Assembly (NCBI GenBank): GCA_964016885.1
Contig: OZ024743.1
Coordinates: 277,016,001-277,080,000 of the forward strand
Source: Eledone cirrhosa
Taxonomy: Eukaryota
Length of the DNA stretch: 64,000 nucleotides
Direction: 5' to 3'
The notes beneath the pieces were generated by a model. That model worked only from the letters and a program-made list of their open reading frames with translations, was not told where the DNA came from and did no database searches. This document shows, one piece after another, positions 25,627 through 39,560 of the stretch. Made by a program: the position numbers and the translations under genes. How positions within the stretch are numbered: the first letter of the stretch is position 1; each line of letters opens with the position of its first letter.

Positions 25627-28600
25627 TGTCTGATACTGGATAAAATTAAGATTACTGGTGTCTGATACTGCGGAAAATTAAGATTACTGGTGTCTGATAC
25701 TGGGGAAAATTAAGATTACTGGTGTCTGATGCTGGGGAAATCAAAGATTACTGGTGTCTGATACTGGATAAAATTATGATTACCGGTGTCTGATACTGTG
25801 GAAAATTAAGATTACTGGTGTCTGATACTGGGGAAAATTAAGATTACTGGTGTCTGATGCTGGGGAAATCAAAGATTACTGGTGTCTGATACTGGATAAA
25901 ATTATGATTACTGGTGTCTGATACTGTGGAAAATTAAGATTACTGGCGTCTGATACTGTGGAAAATTAAGATTACTGGTGTCTGATACTGGGGAAAATTA
26001 AGATTACTGGTGTCTGATACTGGATAAAATTAAGATTACTGGTGTCTGATACTGGATAAAATTAAGATTACTGGTGTGTGATACTGGGGAAAATTAAGAT
26101 TAGTGGTGTCTGATACTGGATAAAATTAAGATTACTGGTGTCTGATACTGGATAAAATTAAGATTACTGGTGTCTGATACTGGATAAAATTATGATTACT
26201 GGTGTGTGATAATGGGGAAAATTAAGATTACTGGTGTCTGATACTGGATAAAATTAAGATTACTGGTGTCTGATACTGGACAAAATTAAGATTACTGCTG
26301 TCTGAAACTGGGGAAAATTAAGATTACTGGTGTCTGATACTGGTTAAAATTTAGATTACTGGTGTCTGATACTGCGGAAAATTAAGATTACTGGTGTCTG
26401 ATACTGGGGAAAATTAAGATTAGTGGTGTCTGATACTGGATAAAATTAAGATTACTGGTGTCTGATACTGGATAAAATTAAGATTACTGGTGTCTGATAC
26501 TGGATAAAATTATGATTACTGGTGTGTGATAATGGGGAAAATTAAGATTACTGGTGTCTGATACTGGATAAAATTAAGATTACTGGTGTCTGATACTGGA
26601 CAAAATTAAGATTACTGCTGTCTGAAACTGGGGAAAATTAAGATTACTGGTGTCTGATACTGGTTAAAATTTAGATTACTGGTGTCTGATACTGCGGAAA
26701 ATTAAGATTACTGGTGTCTGATACTGGGGAAAATTAAGATTACTGGTGTCTGATACTGGGGAAAATTAAGATTACTGGTGTATGATACTGGATAAAATTA
26801 AGATTACTGGTGTCTGATACTGGGGAAAATTAAGATTACTGGTGTCTGATGCTGGATAAAATTAAGATTACTGGTGTCTGATACTGGATAAAATTAAGAT
26901 TACTGGTGTCTGATACTGGATAAAAATAAGATTACTGGTGTCTGATACTGGATAAAATTATGATTACTGGTATGTGATACTGGGGAAAATTAAGATTACT
27001 GGTGTCTGATACTGGGGAAAATTAAGATTACTGGTGTCTGATACTGGATAAAATTAAGATTACTGGTGTCTGATACTGGATAAAATTAACATTACTGGTG
27101 TCTGATACTGGATAAAATTATGATTACTGGTGCGTGATACTGGGGAAAATTAAGATTACTGGTGTCTGATACTGGTTAAAATTAAGATTACTGGTGTCTA
27201 ATACTGGGGAAAACTAAGATCACTGGTGTCTGATACTGGATAAAATTAAGTTTACTGGTGTCTGATACTGGATAAAATTAAGATTACTGGTGTCTGATAC
27301 TGGATAAAATTAAGATAACTGGTGTCTGAAACTGGGGAAAATTATGATTACTGGTGTCTGATACTGGGGAAAATTAAGATTACTGGCGTCTGATACTGTG
27401 GAAAATTAAGATTACTGGTGTCTGATACTGGGGAAAATTAAGATTACTGGTGTCTGATACTGGATAAAATTAAGATTACTGGTGTCTGATACTGGGGAAA
27501 ATTAAGATTACTGGTGTCTGATACTGGATAAAATTAAGATTACTGGTGTCTGATACTGGATAAAATTAAGATTACTGGTGTGTGATACTGGGGAAAATTA
27601 AGATTACTGGTGTCTGATACTGGATAAAATTAAGATTACTGGTGTCTGATACTGGATAAAATTAAGATTACTGGTGTCTAATACTGGATAAAATTATGAT
27701 TACTGGTGTCTGATACTGGGGAAAATTAAGATTACTGGTGTCTGATACTGGGGAAAATTAAGATTACTGGTGTCTGATACTGGATAAAATTAAGATTACT
27801 GGTGTCTGATACTGCGGAAAATTAAGATTACTGGTGTCTGATACTGGGGAAAATTAAGATTACTGGTGTCTGATGCTGGGGAAATCAAAGATTACTGGTG
27901 TCTGATACTGGATAAAATTATGATTACCGGTGTCTGATACTGTGGAAAATTAAGATTACTGGTGTCTGATACTGGGGAAAATTAAGATTACTGGTGTCTG
28001 ATGCTGGGGAAATCAATGATTACTGGTGTCTGATACTGGATAAAATTATGATTACTGGTGTCTGATACTGTGGAAAATTAAGATTACTGGCGTCTGATAC
28101 TGTGGAAAATTAAGATTACTGGTGTCTGATACTGGGGAAAATTAAGATTACTGGTGTCTGATACTGGATAAAATTAAGATTACTGGTGTCTGATACTGGA
28201 TAAAATTAAGATTACTGGTGTGTGATACTGGGGAAAATTAAGATTAGTGGTGTCTGATACTGGATAAAATTAAGATTACTGGTGTCTGATACTGGATAAA
28301 ATTAAGATTACTGGTGTCTGATACTGGATAAAATTATGATTACTGGTGTGTGATAATGGGGAAAATTAAGATTACTGGTGTCTGATACTGGATAAAATTA
28401 AGATTACTGGTGTCTGATACTGGACAAAATTAAGATTACTGCTGTCTGAAACTGGGGAAAATTAAGATTACTGGTGTCTGATACTGGTTAAAATTTAGAT
28501 TACTGGTGTCTGATACTGCGGAAAATTAAGATTACTGGTGTCTGATACTGGGGAAAATTAAGATTACTGGTGTCTGATACTGGGGAAAATTAAGATTACT

Positions 28601-30617
28601 GGTGTATGATACTGGATAAAATTAAGATTACTGGTGTCTGATACTGGGGAAAATTAAGATTACTGGTGTCTGATACTGGATAAAATTAAGATTACTGGTG
28701 TCTGATACTGGATAAAATTAAGATTACTGGTGTCTGATACTGGATAAAAATAAGATTACTGGTGTCTGATACTGGATAAAATTATGATTACTGGTATGTG
28801 ATACTGGGGAAAATTAAGATTACTGCTGTCTGATACTGGGGAAAATTAAGATTACTGGTGTCTGATACTGGGGAAAATTAAGATTACTGGTGTCTGATAC
28901 TGGGGAAAATTAAGATTACTGGTGTATGATACTGGATAAAATTAAGATTATTGGTGTGTGATACTAGGGAAAATTAAGATTACTGGTGTCTGATACTGGG
29001 GAAAATTAAGATTACTGGTGTCTGATACTGGATAAAATTAAGATTACTGGTGTCTGATACTGGATAAAATTAATATTACTGGTGTCTGATACTGGATAAA
29101 ATTAAGATTATTGGTGTGTGATACTAGGGAAAATTAAGATTACTAGTGTATGATACTGGGGAAAATTAAGATTACTGGTGTGTGATACTGGATAAAATTA
29201 ACATTACTGGTGTCTGATACTGGATAAAACTAACATTACTGGTGTCTGATACTGGATAAAACTAACATTACTGGTGTCTGATACTGGGGAAAATTACCAT
29301 TACTGGTGTCTGATAGTGGATAAACAAACATTACTGGTGTCTGATACTGCATAAAATTAAGATTACTGGTGTCTAATACTGGATAAAATTAACATTACTG
29401 GTGTCTGATACTGGATAAAATTATGATTGCTGGTGTGTGATACTGGGGAAAATTAAGATTACTGGTGTCTGATACTGGTTAAAATTTAGATTACTGGTGT
29501 CTGATACTGCGGAAAATTATGATTACTGGTGTCTGATACTGGGGAAAATTAAGATTACTGGTGTCTGATACTGGGGAAAATTAAGATTACTGGTGTCTGA
29601 TTCTGGATAAAATTAAGATTACTGGTGTCTAATACTGGGGAAAACTAAGATTAATGGTGTCTGATACTGGATAAAATTAAGATTACTGGTGTCTGATACT
29701 GGATAAAATTAAGATAACTGGTGTCTGATACTGGGGAAAATTATGATTACTGGTGTCTGATACTGGGGAAAATTAAGATTACTGCTGTCTGAAACTGGGG
29801 AAAATTAAGATTACTGGTGTCTGATACTGGATAAAATTAAGATTATTGGTGTCTGATACTGGATAAAATTAATATTACTGGTGTCTGATACTGGATAAAA
29901 TTAAGATTATTGGTGTGTGATACTAGGGAAAATTAAGATTACTGGTGTCTGATACTGGATAAAATTAACATTACTGGTGTCTGATACTGGGGAAAATTAC
30001 CATTACTGGTGTCTGATACTGGATAAAACAAACATTACTGGTGTCTGATACTGCATAAAATTAAGATTACTGGTGTCTGATACTGGATAAAATTAAGATT
30101 ACTGGTGTGTGATACTGGGGAAAATTAAGATTACTGGTGTCTGATACTGGATAAAATTAAGATTACTGGTGTCTGATACTGGATAAAATTAACATTACTG
30201 GTGTCTGATACTGGATAAAATTATGATTACTGGTGCGTGATACTGGGGAAAATTAAGATTACTGGTGTCTGATACTGGTTAAAATTAAGATTACTGGTGT
30301 CTGATTCTGGATAAAATTAAGATTACTGGTGTCTGATACTGGATAAAATTAAGATAACTGGTGTCTGAAACTGGGGAAAATTATGATTACTGGTGTCTGA
30401 TACTGGATAAAATTAAGTTTACTGGTGTCTGATTCTGGATAAAATTAAGATTACTGGTGTCTAATACTGGGGAAAACTAAGATTAATGGTGTCTGATACT
30501 GGATAAAATTAAGATTACTGGTGTCTGATACTGGATAAAATTAAGATAACTGGTGTCTGATACTGGGGAAAATTATGATTACTGGTGTCTGATACTGGGG
30601 AAAATTAAGATTACTGC
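25627..30617 (+). repeat. 4,991-bp (156-monomer) tandem duplication, copy 1
   Basis: Private variants recur at +4991: GCTGGATAAA 26851/31842, GATTGCTGG 29425/34416, and the AGTGGATAAACAAAC deletion monomer 29315/34306. An internal 320-bp duplication (26101/26421) is also copied. Confidence 0.93.
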
Positions 30618-33600
30618 TGTCTGATACTGGATAAAATTAAGATTACTGGTGTCTGATACTGCGGAAAATTAAGATTACTGGTGTCTGATACTGGGGAAAA
30701 TTAAGATTACTGGTGTCTGATGCTGGGGAAATCAAAGATTACTGGTGTCTGATACTGGATAAAATTATGATTACCGGTGTCTGATACTGTGGAAAATTAA
30801 GATTACTGGTGTCTGATACTGGGGAAAATTAAGATTACTGGTGTCTGATGCTGGGGAAATCAAAGATTACTGGTGTCTGATACTGGATAAAATTATGATT
30901 ACTGGTGTCTGATACTGTGGAAAATTAAGATTACTGGCGTCTGATACTGTGGAAAATTAAGATTACTGGTGTCTGATACTGGGGAAAATTAAGATTACTG
31001 GTGTCTGATACTGGATAAAATTAAGATTACTGGTGTCTGATACTGGATAAAATTAAGATTACTGGTGTGTGATACTGGGGAAAATTAAGATTAGTGGTGT
31101 CTGATACTGGATAAAATTAAGATTACTGGTGTCTGATACTGGATAAAATTAAGATTACTGGTGTCTGATACTGGATAAAATTATGATTACTGGTGTGTGA
31201 TAATGGGGAAAATTAAGATTACTGGTGTCTGATACTGGATAAAATTAAGATTACTGGTGTCTGATACTGGACAAAATTAAGATTACTGCTGTCTGAAACT
31301 GGGGAAAATTAAGATTACTGGTGTCTGATACTGGTTAAAATTTAGATTACTGGTGTCTGATACTGCGGAAAATTAAGATTACTGGTGTCTGATACTGGGG
31401 AAAATTAAGATTAGTGGTGTCTGATACTGGATAAAATTAAGATTACTGGTGTCTGATACTGGATAAAATTAAGATTACTGGTGTCTGATACTGGATAAAA
31501 TTATGATTACTGGTGTGTGATAATGGGGAAAATTAAGATTACTGGTGTCTGATACTGGATAAAATTAAGATTACTGGTGTCTGATACTGGACAAAATTAA
31601 GATTACTGCTGTCTGAAACTGGGGAAAATTAAGATTACTGGTGTCTGATACTGGTTAAAATTTAGATTACTGGTGTCTGATACTGCGGAAAATTAAGATT
31701 ACTGGTGTCTGATACTGGGGAAAATTAAGATTACTGGTGTCTGATACTGGGGAAAATTAAGATTACTGGTGTATGATACTGGATAAAATTAAGATTACTG
31801 GTGTCTGATACTGGGGAAAATTAAGATTACTGGTGTCTGATGCTGGATAAAATTAAGATTACTGGTGTCTGATACTGGATAAAATTAAGATTACTGGTGT
31901 CTGATACTGGATAAAAATAAGATTACTGGTGTCTGATACTGGATAAAATTATGATTACTGGTATGTGATACTGGGGAAAATTAAGATTACTGGTGTCTGA
32001 TACTGGGGAAAATTAAGATTACTGGTGTCTGATACTGGATAAAATTAAGATTACTGGTGTCTGATACTGGATAAAATTAACATTACTGGTGTCTGATACT
32101 GGATAAAATTATGATTACTGGTGCGTGATACTGGGGAAAATTAAGATTACTGGTGTCTGATACTGGTTAAAATTAAGATTACTGGTGTCTAATACTGGGG
32201 AAAACTAAGATCACTGGTGTCTGATACTGGATAAAATTAAGTTTACTGGTGTCTGATACTGGATAAAATTAAGATTACTGGTGTCTGATACTGGATAAAA
32301 TTAAGATAACTGGTGTCTGAAACTGGGGAAAATTATGATTACTGGTGTCTGATACTGGGGAAAATTAAGATTACTGGCGTCTGATACTGTGGAAAATTAA
32401 GATTACTGGTGTCTGATACTGGGGAAAATTAAGATTACTGGTGTCTGATACTGGATAAAATTAAGATTACTGGTGTCTGATACTGGGGAAAATTAAGATT
32501 ACTGGTGTCTGATACTGGATAAAATTAAGATTACTGGTGTCTGATACTGGATAAAATTAAGATTACTGGTGTGTGATACTGGGGAAAATTAAGATTACTG
32601 GTGTCTGATACTGGATAAAATTAAGATTACTGGTGTCTGATACTGGATAAAATTAAGATTACTGGTGTCTAATACTGGATAAAATTATGATTACTGGTGT
32701 CTGATACTGGGGAAAATTAAGATTACTGGTGTCTGATACTGGGGAAAATTAAGATTACTGGTGTCTGATACTGGATAAAATTAAGATTACTGGTGTCTGA
32801 TACTGCGGAAAATTAAGATTACTGGTGTCTGATACTGGGGAAAATTAAGATTACTGGTGTCTGATGCTGGGGAAATCAAAGATTACTGGTGTCTGATACT
32901 GGATAAAATTATGATTACCGGTGTCTGATACTGTGGAAAATTAAGATTACTGGTGTCTGATACTGGGGAAAATTAAGATTACTGGTGTCTGATGCTGGGG
33001 AAATCAATGATTACTGGTGTCTGATACTGGATAAAATTATGATTACTGGTGTCTGATACTGTGGAAAATTAAGATTACTGGCGTCTGATACTGTGGAAAA
33101 TTAAGATTACTGGTGTCTGATACTGGGGAAAATTAAGATTACTGGTGTCTGATACTGGATAAAATTAAGATTACTGGTGTCTGATACTGGATAAAATTAA
33201 GATTACTGGTGTGTGATACTGGGGAAAATTAAGATTAGTGGTGTCTGATACTGGATAAAATTAAGATTACTGGTGTCTGATACTGGATAAAATTAAGATT
33301 ACTGGTGTCTGATACTGGATAAAATTATGATTACTGGTGTGTGATAATGGGGAAAATTAAGATTACTGGTGTCTGATACTGGATAAAATTAAGATTACTG
33401 GTGTCTGATACTGGACAAAATTAAGATTACTGCTGTCTGAAACTGGGGAAAATTAAGATTACTGGTGTCTGATACTGGATAAAATTAAGATTACTGGTGT
33501 CTGATACTGCGGAAAATTAAGATTACTGGTGTCTGATACTGGGGAAAATTAAGATTACTGGTGTCTGATACTGGGGAAAATTAAGATTACTGGTGTATGA

Positions 33601-35608
33601 TACTGGATAAAATTAAGATTACTGGTGTCTGATACTGGGGAAAATTAAGATTACTGGTGTCTGATACTGGATAAAATTAAGATTACTGGTGTCTGATACT
33701 GGATAAAATTAAGATTACTGGTGTCTGATACTGGATAAAAATAAGATTACTGGTGTCTGATACTGGATAAAATTATGATTACTGGTATGTGATACTGGGG
33801 AAAATTAAGATTACTGCTGTCTGATACTGGGGAAAATTAAGATTACTGGTGTCTGATACTGGGGAAAATTAAGATTACTGGTGTCTGATACTGGGGAAAA
33901 TTAAGATTACTGGTGTATGATACTGGATAAAATTAAGATTATTGGTGTGTGATACTAGGGAAAATTAAGATTACTGGTGTCTGATACTGGGGAAAATTAA
34001 GATTACTGGTGTCTGATACTGGATAAAATTAAGATTACTGGTGTCTGATACTGGATAAAATTAATATTACTGGTGTCTGATACTGGATAAAATTAAGATT
34101 ATTGGTGTGTGATACTAGGGAAAATTAAGATTACTAGTGTATGATACTGGGGAAAATTAAGATTACTGGTGTGTGATACTGGATAAAATTAACATTACTG
34201 GTGTCTGATACTGGATAAAACTAACATTACTGGTGTCTGATACTGGATAAAACTAACATTACTGGTGTCTGATACTGGGGAAAATTACCATTACTGGTGT
34301 CTGATAGTGGATAAACAAACATTACTGGTGTCTGATACTGCATAAAATTAAGATTACTGGTGTCTAATACTGGATAAAATTAACATTACTGGTGTCTGAT
34401 ACTGGATAAAATTATGATTGCTGGTGTGTGATACTGGGGAAAATTAAGATTACTGGTGTCTGATACTGGTTAAAATTTAGATTACTGGTGTCTGATACTG
34501 CGGAAAATTATGATTACTGGTGTCTGATACTGGGGAAAATTAAGATTACTGGTGTCTGATACTGGGGAAAATTAAGATTACTGGTGTCTGATTCTGGATA
34601 AAATTAAGATTACTGGTGTCTAATACTGGGGAAAACTAAGATTAATGGTGTCTGATACTGGATAAAATTAAGATTACTGGTGTCTGATACTGGATAAAAT
34701 TAAGATAACTGGTGTCTGATACTGGGGAAAATTATGATTACTGGTGTCTGATACTGGGGAAAATTAAGATTACTGCTGTCTGAAACTGGGGAAAATTAAG
34801 ATTACTGGTGTCTGATACTGGATAAAATTAAGATTATTGGTGTCTGATACTGGATAAAATTAATATTACTGGTCTCTGATACTGGATAAAATTAAGATTA
34901 TTGGTGTGTGATACTAGGGAAAATTAAGATTACTGGTGTCTGATACTGGATAAAATTAACATTACTGGTGTCTGATACTGGGGAAAATTACCATTACTGG
35001 TGTCTGATACTGGATAAAACAAACATTACTGGTGTCTGATACTGCATAAAATTAAGATTACTGGTGTCTGATACTGGATAAAATTAAGATTACTGGTGTG
35101 TGATACTGGGGAAAATTAAGATTACTGGTGTCTGATACTGGATAAAATTAAGATTACTGGTGTCTGATACTGGATAAAATTAACATTACTGGTGTCTGAT
35201 ACTGGATAAAATTATGATTACTGGTGCGTGATACTGGGGAAAATTAAGATTACTGGTGTCTGATACTGGTTAAAATTAAGATTACTGGTGTCTGATTCTG
35301 GATAAAATTAAGATTACTGGTGTCTGATACTGGATAAAATTAAGATAACTGGTGTCTGAAACTGGGGAAAATTATGATTACTGGTGTCTGATACTGGATA
35401 AAATTAAGTTTACTGGTGTCTGATTCTGGATAAAATTAAGATTACTGGTGTCTAATACTGGGGAAAACTAAGATTAATGGTGTCTGATACTGGATAAAAT
35501 TAAGATTACTGGTGTCTGATACTGGATAAAATTAAGATAACTGGTGTCTGATACTGGGGAAAATTATGATTACTGGTGTCTGATACTGGGGAAAATTAAG
35601 ATTACTGC
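30618..35608 (+). repeat. 4,991-bp tandem duplication, copy 2
   Basis: Collinear with 25627-30617. By eye I noticed differences only at ~33479-33487 and 34874. Confidence 0.93.
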
Positions 35609-36199
35609 TGTCTGAAACTGGGGAAAATTAAGATTACTGGTGTCTGATACTGGATAAAATTAAGATTACTGGTGTCTGATACTGGATAAAATTAATATTA
35701 CTGGTGTCTGATACTGGATAAAATTAAGATTATTGGTGTGTGATACTAGGGAAAATTAAGATTACTGGTGTCTGATACTGGGGAAAATTAAGATTACTGG
35801 TGTCTGATACTGGATAAAATTAACATTACTGGTGTCTGATACTGGATAAAACAAACATTACTGGTGTCTGATACTGCATAAAATTAAGATTACTGGTGTC
35901 TGATACTGGATAAAATTAAGATTACAGGTGTCTGATACTGGATAAAATTAAGATTACGGTGTCTGATACTGGATAAAATTCACATTACTGGTGTCTGATA
36001 CTGGATAAAATTATGATTACTGGTGCGTGATACTGGGGAAAATTAAGATTACTGGTGTCTGATACTGGATAAAATTAAGTTTACTGGTGTCTGATACTGG
36101 ATAAAATTAAGATTACTGGTGTCTGATACTGGATAAAATTAAGATAACTGGTGTCTGAAACTGGGGAAAATTATGATTACTGGTGTCTGATACTGGGGA

Positions 36200-36780
36200 A
36201 AATTAAGATTACTGGTGTCTGATACTGGGGAAAATTAAGATTACTGGTGTCTGATGCTGGGGAAATCAATGATTACTGGTGTCTGATACTGGATAAAATT
36301 ATGATTACCGGTGTCTGATACTGTGGAAAATTAAGATTACTGGTGTCTGATACTGGGGAAAATTAAGATTACTGGTGTCTGATGCTGGGGAAATCAAAGA
36401 TTACTGGTGTCTGATACTGGATAAAATTATGATTACTGGTGTCTGATACTGTGAAAAATTAAGATTACTGGCGTCTGATACTGTGGAAAATTAAGATTAC
36501 TGGTGTCTGATACTGGGGAAAATTAAGATTACTGGTGTCTGATGCTGGGGAAATCAATGATTACTGGTGTCTGATACTGGATAAAATTATGATTACCGGT
36601 GTCTGATACTGTGGAAAATTAAGATTACTGGTGTCTGATACTGGGGAAAATTAAGATTACTGGTGTCTGATGCTGGGGAAATCAAAGATTACTGGTGTCT
36701 GATACTGGATAAAATTATGATTACTGGTGTCTGATACTGTGAAAAATTAAGATTACTGGCGTCTGATACTGTGGAAAATT
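36200..36780 (+). repeat. 9-monomer (288-bp) tandem duplication
   Basis: AATCAATG at 36264/36552 and the GTGAAAAATT variant both recur at +288. Confidence 0.8.
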
Positions 36781-36999
36781 AAGATTACTGGTGTCTGATA
36801 CTGGGGAAAATTAAGATTACTGGTGTCTGATACTGGATAAAATTAAGATTACTGGTGTCTGATACTGGATAAAATTAAGATTACTGGTGTGTGATACTGG
36901 GGAAAATTAAGATTAGTGGTGTCTGATACTGGATAAAATTAAGATTACTGGTGTCTGATACTGGATAAAATTAAGATTACTGGTGTCTGATACTGGATA

Positions 37000-38090
37000 A
37001 AATTATGATTACTGGTGTGTGATAATGGGGAAAATTAAGATTACTGGTGTCTGATACTGGATAAAATTAAGATTACTGGTGTCTGATACTGGACAAAATT
37101 AAGATTACTGCTGTCTGAAACTGGGGAAAATTAAGATTACTGGTGTCTGATACTGGTTAAAATTTAGATTACTGGTGTCTGATACTGCGGAAAATTAAGA
37201 TTACTGGTGTCTGATACTGGGGAAAATTAAGATTACTGGTGTCTGATACTGGGGAAAATTAAGATTACTGGTGTCTGATACTGGATAAAATTAAGATTAC
37301 TGGTGTCTGATACTGGATAAAATTAAGATTACTGGTGTCTGATACTGGATAAAAATAAGATTACTGGTGTCTGATACTGGATAAAAATAAGATTACTGGT
37401 GTCTGATACTGGGGAAAATTAAGATTACTGGTGTCTGATACTGGATAAAATTAAGATTACTTGTGTCTGATACTGGGGAAAATTAAGATTACTGGTGTCT
37501 GATACTGGATAAAATTAAGATTACTTGTGTCTGATACTGGATAAAATTATGATTACTGGTGTGTGATAATGGGGAAAATTAAGATTACTGGTGTCTGATA
37601 CTGGATAAAATTAAGATTACTGGTGTCTGATACTGGACAAAATTAAGATTACTGCTGTCTGAAACTGGGGAAAATTAAGATTACTGGTGTCTGATACTGG
37701 TTAAAATTTAGATTACTGGTGTCTGATACTGCGGAAAATTAAGATTACTGGTGTCTGATACTGGGGAAAATTAAGATTACTGGTGTCTGATACTGGGGAA
37801 AATTAAGATTACTGGTGTCTGATACTGGATAAAATTAAGATTACTGGTGTCTGATACTGGATAAAATTAAGATTACTGGTGTCTGATACTGGATAAAAAT
37901 AAGATTACTGGTGTCTGATACTGGATAAAAATAAGATTACTGGTGTCTGATACTGGGGAAAATTAAGATTACTGGTGTCTGATACTGGATAAAATTAAGA
38001 TTACTTGTGTCTGATACTGGGGAAAATTAAGATTACTGGTGTCTGATACTGGATAAAATTAAGATTACTTGTGTCTGATACTGGATAAAA
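37000..38090 (+). repeat. 17-monomer (544-bp) tandem duplication
   Basis: GATAATGGGG at 37021/37565. The GATTACTTGTG variants at ~37460 and ~37524 recur at ~38004 and ~38068. Confidence 0.85.
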
Positions 38091-38699
38091 TTAAGATTAC
38101 TGGTGTCTGATACTGGATAAAATTAAGATTACTGGTGTCTGATACTGGATAAAAATAAGATTACTGGTGTCTGATACTGGGGAAAATTAAGATTACTGGT
38201 GTCTGATACTGGATAAAATTAAGATTACTTGTGTCTGATACTGGATAAAATTAAGATTACTGGTGTCTGATACTGGGGAAAATTAAGATTACTGGTGTCT
38301 GATACTGGATAAAATTAAGATTACTGGTGTCTGATACTGGATAAAATTAAGATTACTGGTGTCTGATACTGGATAAAAATAAGATTACTGGTGTCTGATA
38401 CTGGATAAAATTATGATTACTGGTATGTGATACTGGGGAAAATTAAGATTACTGGTGTCTGATACTGGGGAAAATTAAGATTACTGGTGTCTGATACTGG
38501 ATAAAAATAAGATTACTGGTGTCTGATACTGGATAAAATTATGATTACTGGTATGTGATACTGGGGAAAATTAAGATTACTGGTGTCTGATACTGGGGAA
38601 AATTAAGATTACTGGTGTCTGATACTGGGGAAAATTAAGATTACTGCTGTATGATACTGGATAAAATTAAGATTACTGGTGTCTGATACTGCGGAAAAT

Positions 38700-39560
38700 T
38701 AAGATTACTGGTGTCTGATACTGGGGAAAATTAAGATTACTGGTGTCTGATACTGGGGAAAATTAAGATTACTGGTGTATGATACTGGATAAAATTAAGA
38801 TTACTGGTGTCTGATACTGGGGAAAATTAAGATTACTGGTGTCTGATACTGGATAAAATTAAGATTACTGGTGTCTGATACTGCGGAAAATTAAGATTAC
38901 TGGTGTCTGATACTGGGGAAAATTAAGATTACTGGTGTCTGATACTGGATAAAATTAAGATTACTGGTGTCTGATACTGGGGAAAATTAAGATTACTGGT
39001 GTCTGATACTGGATAAAATTAAGATTACTGGTGTCTGATACTGGGGAAAATTAAGATTACTGGTGTCTGATACTGGATAAAATTAAGATTACTGGTGTCT
39101 GATACTGGATAAAAATAAGATTACTGGTGTCTGATACTGGATAAAATTATGATTACTGGTATGTGATACTGGGGAAAATTAAGATTACTGGTGTCTGATA
39201 CTGGGGAAAATTAAGATTACTGGTGTCTGATACTGGGGAAAATTAAGATTACTGGTGTATGATACTGGATAAAATTAAGATTACTGGTGTCTGATACTGG
39301 GGAAAATTAAGATTACTGGTGTCTGATACTGGATAAAATTAAGATTACTGGTGTCTGATACTGCGGAAAATTAAGATTACTGGTGTCTGATACTGGGGAA
39401 AATTAAGATTACTGGTGTCTGATACTGGATAAAATTAAGATTACTGGTGTCTGATACTGGGGAAAATTAAGATTACTGGTGTCTGATACTGGATAAAATT
39501 AAGATTACTGGTGTCTGATACTGGGGAAAATTAAGATTACTGGTGTCTGATACTGGATAA
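38700..39560 (+). repeat. 15-monomer (480-bp) tandem duplication (second copy partial)
   Basis: The lines starting 38761-39061 match those starting 39241-39541, including GGTGTATGAT at 38774/39254 and GCGG at 38883/39363. Confidence 0.72.
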
